DNA of 64,000 bases from Tubulanus polymorphus. Taxonomy: Eukaryota; Animalia; Nemertea. Location: the NCBI RefSeq assembly GCF_964204645.1, contig NC_134025.1, positions 14,322,001-14,386,000 of the forward strand. The letters run 5' to 3'. The position numbers and the translations under genes were made by a program. A model generated the notes under the pieces. The model was not told where the DNA came from. It did not search any database and saw only the letters and a program-made list of their open reading frames with translations. How positions within the stretch are numbered: position 1 is the first letter of the stretch; every line of letters begins with the position of its first letter. Shown in pieces: positions 37,301 to 50,874 of the stretch.

Positions 37301-40300
37301 AGATCGCACGATAAGCGTATAAAAGTGCGGTGTTGAGATGTTCACGTAATTTTGAAATCAGCAATTTCATTTGATAGAGAAAACTTCGTTTGGCTTAAGA
37401 AGTGAAAAAATATGATAGGCTGTAATTTCAGTTTCACATACTTTCTACTTTGTTAAGTAAATTGTTTATATAGGTTATCAAAAACCCAGCAGCAGCTATT
37501 GGTCAGCAGGTCACTTTCACTGGCTAACTAGACAATGATTGATGAATGAATGAACAAACTGCATTGGCCACCAAAAGACCACGAACCAAAAGTTTTACCG
37601 CTTAGTAGTAAAAAACTTAGCATCACAATATCTCTATTTGACTTTATTTCAAGGTGCCAATAAAATAATATGCCAAAATGTACAATGTTTGAACTTCGCT
37701 GAATCGATGAACTAATGAATCGCTGAATTATAAGATAATTATCAGTTTTTTCCAACTAACCTCTTTTTCACAAATGGTCGTAAAATAATTACTACTAATA
37801 TGTGATGCCAAAATGTACAATGTTTGAACTTCGCTGAATCGGTGAACCAATGAATCGCTGAATTATAAGAAAATTATCAGTTTTTTTCCTACTTACCTCT
37901 TTTTCACAAATGGTCTAAATAATAACTACTTATATGTGGCACCATATTCGACGAAGAAGTGCATTCAGAGTAAGAATAACGTTACCAATACTTGAATTTG
38001 GAAGCGAATGCAGGCTAGAACCAACAGAGGTAGGATTTAAGGTGCAGATATACAGGGAATCCCTATCATAGTGACCAACACGGTTGTATATCACTTTCGT
38101 GCCGAAAAATGAATAATTTTCGACCTAAACGACTACAGGACCCAAAGAAGTAGAATAAAATACAGTATAACCTCTCTATAGTGAACGCTTGGGATTCCGG
38201 AAAAATGTTCACTATAGAGAGGTGTTCACTAAATAGAGGTAGCACATATTTGCATCACACCACCTACCAGCAGTTTGAGTAACTACTCCCAATATGAAGC
38301 ATTAATCCAAAACCAAGTAAAACACACAGACTTAATTACTTTTAAAGCATTATACACTATGATTTTATTACCTAATGATAAACATATTTGCACAGGAAAT
38401 CTTTCAGAACTTGTAACTTTTCATTCAGAGAAAGAATCTTTCGCTTAGGTGCCATACTGGCAAATGAAAAATTCCCATCATATAGCTTTATTTATATGCC
38501 ATGGAGCAAACTAATATGTAGTTAGGCCTATGCAAATCCTTTTGATTTAAGAAAAATTAGTCAAGACATAGCCAATTCAAAATTATCAAACGATAGTGAT
38601 TACTTAATTTAGCTTAAATTGAATTTTTGTAAATCCTTTTGATTTAAGAAAATTTAGTCAATACATTGCTTCATATGATCCAAGGATTGTTATCATAATT
38701 CAGTTTAACAAACATTCAGAGTAAAGTATTCATTTAACAATAACAACTGCCCATTCATAATTATAGTCACAAATTCACCTAATTAGTAATTGCCTAAGGA
38801 CTATTCGAGACAATTAGCCATTGAATGAGTTATGAACATATGGTATTATGATGAACACCTATACTGATAACAATGAGTCTACTAGCAAATTTTGACTGTC
38901 TAGACATTCTGGGATAGGGCCACTGTTCACTATAGAGAGGTAAAATGCTCATTTGGTACCAGAAAAAGTGTTCACTGTTCACTATAGAGAAGTGTTCACT
39001 AAATGGAGGTTCTGTTTAATTGAAAATGAATAGGGAAAATTTGGTTCCGGGCAAAAACTGTTCACTAAGGGAGGTGTTCCTTAAATAAAGGTGTTCACTA
39101 AGGGAGGTTTTACCGTACTCTAATCCATTAACTGTAGATAAATGAAGAAATTCCACAATAGAATTTTGTATCATGAAATTTATCAAAGTTAAACCACTCC
39201 GTTTCGGCTGTTGACTGACAGCCATCTGACTAAAAGCCCTTCTCACTAGGAATGCCTACATTTCACCTGATGATGGCTGTTAGTCAACAGTCAAAACGTT
39301 GCGGTTTCACCTTAACAAATTTTATCATATTAAAAATTCTATTACGGGATTTCTTCATTCATGACCACTGTGACGGTCACCAAAGGCTGTTACTGTAATC
39401 CAAATGAAATCTTGAATACCATACAAAGTTTCTTATTGCTATTAAATTCGATCAAATATGGGCTCAATTTAGTTGATTTCTTTAGAATGTTTAAAATCCA
39501 CATGGATATATATAGGATATTTTGTTAAAGAAAAAATCAATGATTCAGCGAAATTAGAATTCAGGGAAATTTGAACACCCCAAATGCACATTGTAATTTA
39601 AGATGCAAAGAAATCCAGGTTCCCGCTGAAAATAAACTACCATTTCAATAATGAGAGGTTAGCCTGAATGTATGATTGCGCTTTTAATTCAAGAATTTAA
39701 ATCAAAAGTAAAAGCCGACCTATGCTTTGAAATAGCTGCATTTGTTAGAATTGTATTCTTCATTGAATTATATCGCCATGAAAAGGAAATTTCGATTTAT
39801 CTTAAAACTACATAACTATTGACAATTTGTAAACAAATTTAACTCCAATCTCGACTTTTATTGGTTAGAGTTGGGAGTCGCTCATTACATTTAACATCCT
39901 CAAAGAGTATCTTCAATATCTTCATATCTTAACTGATTACTCTAAACAGAACTATACCCAAAACTATAGCGTGTCAATGAGTGGAGTTTTCACTATAGTT
40001 TCTGAGTATGTTTATATTGTCACGTATCACTGCAAATCTGAAGCATATATCGCTGCAGTGCATTTATAAGAGGGAATCTGGCAAGCGATCTCAAAATGGT
40101 CACTTTTCAATAATTGACTTTTAGGAACGATGTTGAGAGTAGCTGTTATGGTAGGAGTTACTATCACAAAGTCACTGTTAACAGGCGGGTGGTTTTACAG
40201 TCACCTCTACTGCTAGTGTGCACTATCGAAACCAGATGTTTAAAAATGGTCACTTTTCAACAGAAGACTCTTCGAAACGGCCACAATAGAAAACCAACAG

Positions 40301-43300
40301 AATTGAAAGGAATACTATTTCAGAGTGACTGATTTGAAATGTATACTACTGGAAAAGTAGCCGATATCATTAATTGGTTATTGTTCTCAAGTGGCTACTA
40401 AGTAAAAGTAGACGTTTGGGCTCAAAAGTGCGATAGACATGTTCTTGGATTCAGCCTTTCAAATGTGGATGGAGGTTCATTTATTATGGACTTTCAGTGT
40501 AGCGAAGTCCATTTTTGCTATCGCATATGATATCTTCTTACTACCGTACAAAATAACTCATGAATGAGGCTTAGATTCTCTTTAGAAACTTTTCAAAACA
40601 TGCAATGCAATTATTAAATCTTGGAACCTATTGAATTTAATTGGAAAGCGTTGCTTATATGTTTATTTACAAAGTAGATGTCGTACTCATTTGGAAATGA
40701 TCAACAAAATATGGGCTGAGGGCAGATGATCAGGAATACAATTTAAAGCTACATAAATTTTCAGACTGAATAAGATTTTCAGTTGTATGTTTTATTTAAT
40801 TGACTAAATATATTTAAGCCATTACTTATGAAGACTTTGGGAGGCATGCACGTTTGCCATGAATGCTGGGTTCCAGGTTGAGGTCAACTACTTCAAACCC
40901 CTGCAAATGAAGACTAACAAAAGGCTAGCCCACTTCACTCTCGGGTTATTACTTTCATTTCCCATAACCAATGTCTTCTAATTTTCAGAATTTGTGCCTC
41001 ATGAAGAAGTTATCACAGAATTAGCAGCTGATACTCTTAGTTCTGATGCCACTGTTGGTGTTGGGGGGGGTCGTTTTTCCTGTGGGGACTATGCTCAGGT
41101 CATAACCCTTAGTCTAAAGGTACGTAGACATAAATTTTAATCCAAATTTTTAGATTTTATTAGTTTACTAAATGGTGCCGACTGATTAGTGTTGCACATC
41201 TTCTCCGTTGAATCTATAGCACATGACGCTATGAGTGTTATGTCAAAAGGATTGTTAGAGTTGTAGGGTCATAATTTTTGGTGGTATGGATATCTGGTGT
41301 ATCTAATTTGGGCCCTGGGGGCTAATTTCCATATGAATTTGGGCATTTCTACAGTGACATGTGACGTCATTTTCGCGTGGAGGCGGACCGCAATACACCC
41401 ATCTGAATGACATATATACATGTACATATACGTGCTGTAAATGATCCTTGTACCAGTAGGCCTACATCGTATCGCATGAGTCTGAAACTGCAAGTATTTT
41501 CTAAGTAGATGCAATCGAATATCGTCCCTTAACACTGTAATCATATTATATGGGAAAATATAGTTTCCATGCGCTAGTAGATAGATACTGAATATTGCGG
41601 ATGGATATGTGACTGTGTTGCGCCGCCATTGATTTACTGTGACGCGAGTCGAGAGGTAGGTACCGGCATTTTACATTCTTTTTGTGAAAATAACAGGATT
41701 TGATTTGTACATTATGTTCAGACTAGATGTCAATAGAGCGTTGAATCGTTTTTTGTCAAGAATAGGAGTTGTCAATGCATATTTAACTGGCAATTACACT
41801 GATGATGTGTCCTCAGCGGCACTAGTAAAGGGCCCAAACGTACATCATTTTTAGCTCACTTGAGACTTAAATCCCTGCGGGCTATTGCGTTCACTTTTCG
41901 TACGTCGTCCGTCCATTCGTTCGTCTGTCATAGCTTCCGTCCGTCCGTCATAGCATCCGTCCGTTCATAGACGGAATCCAGTTATTTAAGTTTTGAAGAC
42001 GCTTCAAGGTAATGTCTTGATATTTGGTTTATACATGTATCTACCCTTGACCCAAAAACTGGCCCTGTCAGAATCAAGATGGCCGACTCGCAGCCATTGT
42101 TGTTCGTCAAAATCAGCACTTTTTATACATTTTTGAACTTTTTGAGGGAAATTTTGAAGATGCTTTGATCAATTACCTTGATCTTTCGGATGTATGTGAA
42201 TCCCCCCAGGGCCCATCAACATAACAAAAATTGGGTCGGTCGGACTCAAGATGGCCGTCCTATGACCTTTTTAGTGCCCAAAAATGTTAATTTTGGCCCG
42301 AATTCTGAGTCCTGTAGCTTCCTACTGGTTTGCCATTTCTCATTGCAATTTGTGATGGGTATTCTTTGGAAAGGGATGTTTTATCCCTGAGACAGGTATT
42401 TTTCATCAGCCAATTATGACGCAATTGGCGGCCATCTTTGTGTCACCAATACTCATTCATAAGTGGGAAAAAGTTTTTCCTCATTGTATTGATACCTAAG
42501 CGTATTTTGATACCACAATCAATTAGAAAGTTGTAGCTCATAACGTGTTCTATGATTGTGGTGAGTTTCAAGGTAATTGGATTTTGTATATGGCCACCAG
42601 GGGGCGTTGAATAATACAATATCTTAGTATTTCTATATTATATTCGTACCTATGCATATTTTGTAACCACAATCAATTGGAAAGTTGTAGTTCATGACAT
42701 CATCTATGATTGTTGCGAGTTTTAAGGACATTAGTTTTTCTATATGGTCACCAGGGGGCATTGAATAGTAGAATAACTTAGTATTTCCTTATTAGATTGG
42801 TACCTAGGCATATTTTGTTACCATGATCAATTGCAAAGTTGTAGTTTATGTTATATGATTGTGGTGAGTTTCAAGGTCATTGGGTTTTGCATATGGTCAC
42901 CAGGGGGCGTTGAATATTAGAATTACTTAGTATTTCCATATTAAATTGGTAACGAGGCATATTTTGTTATCACAATCAATTACAAAATCGTAGCTGCTAA
43001 CAGGTTATACGATTGTTGTGAGTTTCAAGGTCATTGGTTTTTGTATATGGTCACCAGAGGGTGTTGAATATTGAAATTGTTAGATTTTTTAGCATTGGAA
43101 ACCACTTCCCAAGTGGGCATGGTGTCCCTGGACCCCTAGTTTATTTTTCGCTAGTTCGGCCGGCACTTGCAGGTGATGTTAGGATATTACTAGCTGATAT
43201 TTCCACATAGACAGTGCTGTTGAATCCAAGATGATGTATTTTTATTGTATTATTTAGTCTATTACGCAAGCGCTTTGCAGTCTTAGTTCATTGACGCTTC

Positions 43301-46300
43301 ACCTTTCTTTGAATGCATTCAGTCATTGCCAAGCGACCACAATAGGCACTGTGCTGAGTGCACTAGCACTTCAGTCATTGATGTTATACAGGCATTGATA
43401 CATACGTAGTTGTACAACCACAGACGCAATTCGGTTCATTAAAAAAAAAAATGATGAAGTTACCGTTTTTGGCGCTTGGGCTCAATAGATATTCCATTAG
43501 AATGTAAGGCTACTTTATTTTCATCCTTGAGTTTATTTATCCAGCAAAAAATACATTAGGCTTAGGCTTTATATAGATCAAGTTTTTTGAAACCCCGGGG
43601 TTATAAAAGGCCTAACCCCATTATAATGCCTGCTTAAAATGCCACATCTCTGCAGTTTTACCACTTACCATACACTGATATTAACCCGTCACCATTGACC
43701 ATGCACTGATATTAACCCTTCACCACTTACCATGCACAGATATTAAAGGATTTGTGACACATAAGTCAGGTTTTGCAATCTTAATGATTAATTTGATAGA
43801 TGAATCATCGTAGATTGGACTGATATCAATGAAACATTTCTACAGTTTCGCTAACTGGTTTAAATACGACTTTTAATAGAAATTCCAATGATTTGTTGAC
43901 ATTTTACTACATTACCACGTGCGTTGGCAATGACGTCGTCGAATGACGTATAACCGAGAACAACAAACAGAAACAAAATGGCCGACAATAGAGAACGCAG
44001 TGATTATTCTTCCGACAATTCATCCTCATCTAGCGAAGTCAGCGAAAATATAAGCGAAAGAGAATTCTCAGATGAAAGTGCACTATCATCTGAAATTGAG
44101 GTGGGCGAAACGGGGCCCGATATGGTAGTCTTTAATGCTGCAGAGCCGCCGTATTTGTACGAGCCCGATGCATCTGACGATGACGAGGATGGCGCTAAAC
44201 CAGACAATAGACCGGATAGAATCTATAGATTAGATGTTCATCGGTTCAATGAATGGTAAGGGATTTCTATTGTTGTTAACAAAGTATGGGGCGACACAAT
44301 CTAAGGATAGCGGTGGCTTCGGTTGTTAAATTCATCCATCAACCAAGAGTAAAACAGAAGACTTTCTATAGTCTTAAAATTTGTAGTTTTTTGTACAGCC
44401 GGTATCTAAGGAATTCAGTATAAACTAAGCCATCTAAAACGGCAATCAGAGACTGCTAGAAAGCCGACCCTTACCCGATATCTCATTCCAGACCAGAAAT
44501 AATTAGATCCACCTTTCTTTCTTGATTGAATGTTTTAATTTATTTTCACAGGTGTACATGCACCCATTGTCAGATTCTTACAACGGAACCGGAATGTGTG
44601 TGTTGCAGTGAGATAGACATTGTTACAGAGAAAATTCGAGAACTCGAAGGATATGATTCCAGGGAATATAAATGCATTACTGACACCGAGGGATTTAAAG
44701 GGGTGTGTCTACATGTCTGGGTTCTTCAAACAGCATGGAGTGGTTATAGAAATCAATACGGCAGGAAAGCATTTGAAGGGCAGAACAATGATAAATACAG
44801 ACATATTGCGTATCGCCAGTTTGTTCGTTGCTGCTGGGGATTCTGTGGACCTAAGATAAGGGTTATTTTACCATCTTGTGTTGTTTCGTGCATCCGGGCA
44901 CACTTTCCAAAAGACGGTGATGAAGAATTTGCCATTTATAAAGGATTCAGACTGCCAAAACTGGACGACTAAGTGAATTATGTGTGTAAATAATATATAA
45001 GTATCGTTATTAAATAAAACGAACACAATTATTTCAGGAATTACAGTTTTTCATTTATCGTTATCTTTATTTTCTACAATTGCAGTTTTTTAGATCTTTT
45101 TCTCTTCTGTGGCTGGGTTGGTCCTGAGGATTGAGGCTTCGATTGGACGATATCTGTAACTTTCTTGAAGCGAGACAAATGCTGGTTAACGGCTTCTTCC
45201 TTCGTAACTTTCACTCTTCGAGAACTTAAATGAGGTGGAGGAGTACAGCAATCACTCACTTCGACTTCCTTGGTCGCAATCTTTATTGCTGTAACAATGC
45301 ATTCATCGACATAACCTAAAAAGATATTTGATGAATCAAATGAAGAGGATCCGCTTTCAATTATAGACAGGCTTTAATGATATGTTTATAAACAATTGAG
45401 ATCGATAATCCAATTGTGACCTACCATATGTTGCTTTGGTCAATATTCTACGAAGTGTGTGACGCTATTCTCGTTGTCATGCAAGATTGCTGTGCACATT
45501 CTAAAAATTAAATCATTTTTCATATTTCATGTGACAATATTATCTGAATATTTTATTCATTCCATAAAGCCTGGTTTGAATAATACAGATGTTACAAGTT
45601 GAAATAAAAACCAGAAGATGGCAACACTAGCTAGTTGGAACCAAAATAAAACCAGGATTTATAAGTCTCAGGTTCATGTCCCACGGCACTTTAGGTTTAT
45701 GGAAATTAAAGAAATATCACAGGATAAGCTCCAATTTGTAGACACTAATTTATGAGATGAGTGTTGAGTGTTTTTACAAGTTGAAGCTATTCACAGCTAC
45801 TTTTTACTAACCTGCTAAGCATTCATAAATACGAAAAGTGTATCATCTTAGGTGCAAAGTGGTTTAACACACTATGAAATGCTTCTACAGAGCTCGTCTG
45901 ACCATATGATGACATATTTCTGATTTGATTCACTGTTCTGGTGTTTTTCATTATTTTCTCGAGCTCACTAGCGGCATATGTATCTAGAAAAATGGCGAAA
46001 TATAATATGTACATGTAAAATGCAACTAATCACCCATATATCAAGCCATTAGCTTATGAAAACTTTTGGTTATTATAGATACCTGGTAATATCCATTTTT
46101 TTTCTTTTCATAATCTCCATGCATACAGTTTTCATGATTGTTTGAAATATGTTCCAAACAAGTTTCCCACTTTCGTTTAATATCTTCATGGTCCCCAGGT
46201 TTTGACGACATAGCGCACCAATACAGGTGAACTCGGATACTTTGAATCCAAGCGTAACCTCATTTGACTAAATGAATAATAAGATTATGTTCTTATAAGT

Positions 46301-49300
46301 AAGAACTAATACTATTATAAAGGACTAAAATGATATACCACACCTGTATCAGTTCTGATGAAATTATCTTATTACTTTTCAGGTCCATTATCGAATAAGT
46401 ACAATATTTCGCAGAGTGTCCTGGGCTGTCACACCTAGCATCCCCCCCAATTAGAAGTGCCGATCCTTTGAGGCTGTTGAGTAAAGACTGACGACTTGAT
46501 TTCCAAACTGAGTACACTGCCTTATGTACAAACTGCGCTTGGTGTCGAAACGCAGTTCTTGTACTCATGCACTGGATCCCTGCCAACCTATAAGCAGATA
46601 ATCCAATAATGATAATTATCCATATTATAAAGCGATCAAAATGTAAACCTTTTAGTGAATGCTTGATTTTCTTTTTCTTACCTGAGTAGTCGTATAACTT
46701 TTGAGGTGAGATTTCCAGTCAGCACTATCAGTGAACTTAATAGCAGACCGGTTATCGGGATACGCTTTACACACGGTTCACTTTGCCATTTCGTTTCATG
46801 GTGACATTGCTGACATTTCGTCTTCACGGTGAGCTGAGTAGAAATTACGCTACGAAGGACAGTGTTTTTTCCAGTGACACAAAACGCAAAACATAAACAG
46901 TTCCAACAATGCAGATTGGTCAACAATGAATTTTGACCTCTTTTGTAATGGCACATCTGCTTCATCCCTGAAAAAAAATTATACTTATCATAATTATGAT
47001 ATAAGTGTTGTAAAAAAGCACTGTAGAAAATTAAAATCCTACCTCATTTCATCAAATACATTCATCATCAAATTCAGTTGAAGATGATCCATCATGATCT
47101 TCACCTGGATCATAATCGGGATCATCGTCGAAGTATTCGTCATCGCTGGATACGTCGGTATCAGTGGTATCATTTGAAGGCTTAAATTTTTTAGGGGTCA
47201 TTTGTGTGCCAGTTGTTTTCTTCCTTGTTTATTTACCCTGACTCGGATAGTGTCGTCGATTACATTTCGGTCTCCATGCGAGCGTTTGATTACCTTTAAC
47301 GACAAAAATCTGATAGTGATCAACAATACGCCAATTATTCTCAGATAACCTACAGACTTTTTCACAACATAATTTCTAAAAATCAGGTTGAAAATATAAA
47401 TAGAATGCCAGAAAATTATTATAGTATGAATTTTTCATGATATAGTGAAATTTACCTTTGGTTTCTGTTTCAATATCTTTCTGTGACGATTTTTCGACAA
47501 ACTTGGGAGGCCTATCTGGTGATGATGTTGGACTGTTTGATGTATCAGCTGTCGGACTGTATGACGTTTCAGCTGTTGATGTAGAAGGCTGTAACTCTTC
47601 GTTAGATACCGTATCAGCTACTAAAGTTTCCACCAACTCTTTTCTTTTTCGTTTTGCATACGTTGGTCTTTTAGTGGTATCTGATTGGCTGTTATCATCG
47701 TCGTCATTTATATGAATGGTAGGGATGGCATCTGGCTTCAGATGTAATCTAAATGGAATTCAAAATATGATAGTTACACTTGCATACTAGATTCGGCTTC
47801 AAGGTTTAAAGTGTAGGCCTAACATCGACTCCCTCGTCAACAAGTCAGGAGGTCCATTTAGTCCCCAGGGAATCAAATATATGAGCATCTTGTAAAACCA
47901 GCCATGATACATCAATTAATTACGACAATGAATGAGTTGGGAAGGCAGTTACTAGACCAGTTAATAGTCAGAAAACATGTCTTAACAAAGCAATGAACAA
48001 AGAAAGGACCTGACCCAGTTTCCGTGTACTGAAACACTTTTAAACCTGACCTGATGAAAAGAATGAGATAGCAATACTGCTTTTATTTTAAATAATGTAT
48101 GTTAAAAGACTTACTTAGTCGCGAATCCTGAAGTAAACATTGAATAGTTCGTAAATGAATCGTTGGTGAAGTGCCTCCCACACAATACACTCGTGGATGA
48201 GGGCTTCCATTGTGCTCTCTTTCTGCTCACAAATGCGGTCCATTTACGCGCAATAATCGTATCCCGTGGCCACCAGAATAAAGAGCGATTACTTGAACTA
48301 CAATTGTAGTAAACACAACGACGAGGCATGATCGAAAAACATAGAAAAAAACAGAATGTTCGAATAATATATCGTCCGCACTAGTCAATCTTTCGTTGTA
48401 CAATGAGCCACTTCCGCGTTCGTCTTCTCGGTTATACGTCATCATCGCCGATGTTTGACGGAAATGCCCGAAGATGCGCGCTTCAAACGGTGTGCAAGAT
48501 TTTCCATCAAAATCGCTCTCAAAACCATATAAAGGTTCAATACTTCTAATTTTCATAAATATTTTCGATAATAATTTTATTCATACTAACTAAAACCACA
48601 GAAATAATTTAGGTGTCACAAATCCTTTAAACCTTCACCTTACAATTTTGCCCTACCTTAATGCAGTTGCTTGCATACTATAAACCCAATAAAGTATATT
48701 CTGCTAATTGAAATTTATGGCTCCTTTCAAGTTCTACATGACTTAGTACATTGGGTTTAAACATTTAAAGCAACAGCAAGTTATACCACCAATACTAACC
48801 GGAACAAGTGTTACTATTCACATCAGTTAACTTTCTTGCCATTATTCTTTTCAGATGATGAATATACAGAAACTACAGATGAAAAAGAATCCCACGACTG
48901 TAGCACATTTACGTTTGAGGGTGGCAATAAAGAAAAATATACTACTCCCGTTGGTCTCCAGTTTCATGTGTTGTAACTGACAGCTTTGCAAAGGCAAAAA
49001 TGATAGTGTATAACCAGAATCTTCATTCGGGCAAACACTAGAACTTGAGTGTTTATTCATACATTATAGGAGGCACTGGTCCAAAATAAGTTCTGGTTAC
49101 TTGTTCCAGTGTTGGGTCAGTCATTCTTCTTTTTATGAGAAGCATGTCATTATGAATCTCATTGTGCCCACGGGCACCTTGTTTACAGTTAGGCCTAATG
49201 CCAAATGGGTACCCATAAGACTTGTTATGGACTTTCGCTTTAGCAAAGTCCAAATTGTTATTGCATATGAAACTTTCTTCCTTCGGTACAAAATAACTTC

Positions 49301-50793
49301 CAAACGAGGCTTAGTTTCTCTTCGGAACTTTTAAAACATTCAATGTAGTAATAAAAGCTCTAACCCTATTGAATTTCATCGGAATCCGTTGCTTATTTAT
49401 CGATTTAGTTATTTATTTGTTGTTGGAACTACATTTCATTTCGGAAGAACACATGCCATTTTACGTACATTCATGCTTTACACACGTGCCTGACACATAT
49501 ACTCGCTGCTATGTGATGTATTGATCTGTGCATGTATATGAAAAGCACGCCTCGTGCCTGGCCTAGTTAAAGTTTTCTTGGCAACTGCAAATCATTCAAC
49601 TGCCAGGGTTTGTCGCGGCCGACCGTGAAAAGCAGTGAATTTGGGCTGTAAAATTGGGAAAGAGGGAAGTGAATCTTGGAAATTGTTCAATTTACAAAAA
49701 TAAATTGTCTATTAACCCTTTCAGTGCGTCTACACCACAGTGCGGTGTATAAGTCAGTGATAGATTTTGCTAGTACACTGCACTGCGGTGTATTGATGTA
49801 ATTAGTAATTAGTGATTATCTCTCTTGAAAAATGGCAGCACCTGTCAAACATAGTGAAATACTAGTAACTAATGATACACGGCGCCGCGGTGTAGACGCA
49901 CTATAGTGGTATTCCCGTTGTTCAGCACACTAGGGTGGAATTTTTTTAGAATTTTCAAATTATCTCCAGCACTATAGGGTATTGATTAGTCAGCACTGAA
50001 AGGGTTAAACTTCGCACACTTCGTGTTAAGAAATCGTCACACCATGAGCGTGGAGAGTGTTTATTTTAGTCAGTGGGGAAAACCAACTACCGTGTATATT
50101 CATGTTGAATCATCTTGCAGTTACGTGTGATGGAGATCGTATCAATAGACACATTTTCATGCAAACTCCTGGATTCAATCACGGGGGACATCTTAGCCTT
50201 TATTGATTACTTGGAGCACGGATTCTCTGAAATTCTGCAAAAAACTTCATGCCGAAGATAGGCATATGCGTTTCCATCTTTTTCTTGATATTTTCCGGTG
50301 TCCTTATTTTCGATCTATTGTCTGTAAAAAGTCAGTCTTCTCCCATCATTTGATATCAATCCATAATTTTCACTCTTTTTTATTTGTTCTGCTTATAATC
50401 TCTTATTTAGAAAACCAATGTTTAATTTTGATGCTGATTAAACATACACTCATGTTAATTTAGGAAAGTCCATAGTAAGAATATCGTTCCTTGTTTATTG
50501 TTGCGGCCACTTAGTAACCTGGAAATCTCAGGATTCTCAGGAAGCTATGAATGAAGGATATTGCAAACTGCATTCAAATTCAAAGATCTACTTCGATTTG
50601 TCATCCATGCATTTCTCTCTGTGGGAACCTTACATTTTTAGGCCCGCCGTAGGCTGAGCCTATTACTATACAAATGTAGCAAATTTAAATGACATGAGTT
50701 TCCAGAGTAAAGGCTCTTTGACTGAGCAACTGAGCATATATTCATACAAATCATTCATTAGAGCATTATCCTGTCTGTCTGTCTGTCTGTCTA

Positions 50794-50874
<81 letters not shown>

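Larger units (their letters stand above)
35867..40460. mobile_element. Non-autonomous long-TIR DNA transposon, Sola-like (4-bp AAAT TSD)
   Basis: AAAT|GAAAGGCTGAATCCAAGAACATG ... CATGTTCTTGGATTCAGCCTTTC|AAAT. Inverted similarity continues for roughly 400 bp. No transposase ORF. Confidence 0.75.
43747..48626. mobile_element. Kolobok DNA transposon (4880 bp) with convergent KolX and transposase genes
   Basis: TTAA at 43743-43746 and 48627-48630. Perfect 14-bp TIR AGGATTTGTGACAC / GTGTCACAAATCCT (RR..YY ends). Inserted in the TTAA of a ~31-bp tandem repeat that resumes after it. Confidence 0.92.

Noticed and set aside
41119-44972. Capture of the KolX ballast exon by the host gene (P2X7-like fusion)
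   Set aside because: The host intron is phase 0 and KolX exon 2 is phase 2, so splicing gives a stop after 19 codons.
46678-46965. ORF-track protein MKQMCHY... as a separate gene
   Set aside because: It is a frameshifted transposase exon; the true N-terminal frame reads DEADVPLQKRSKFIVDQSALLELF.
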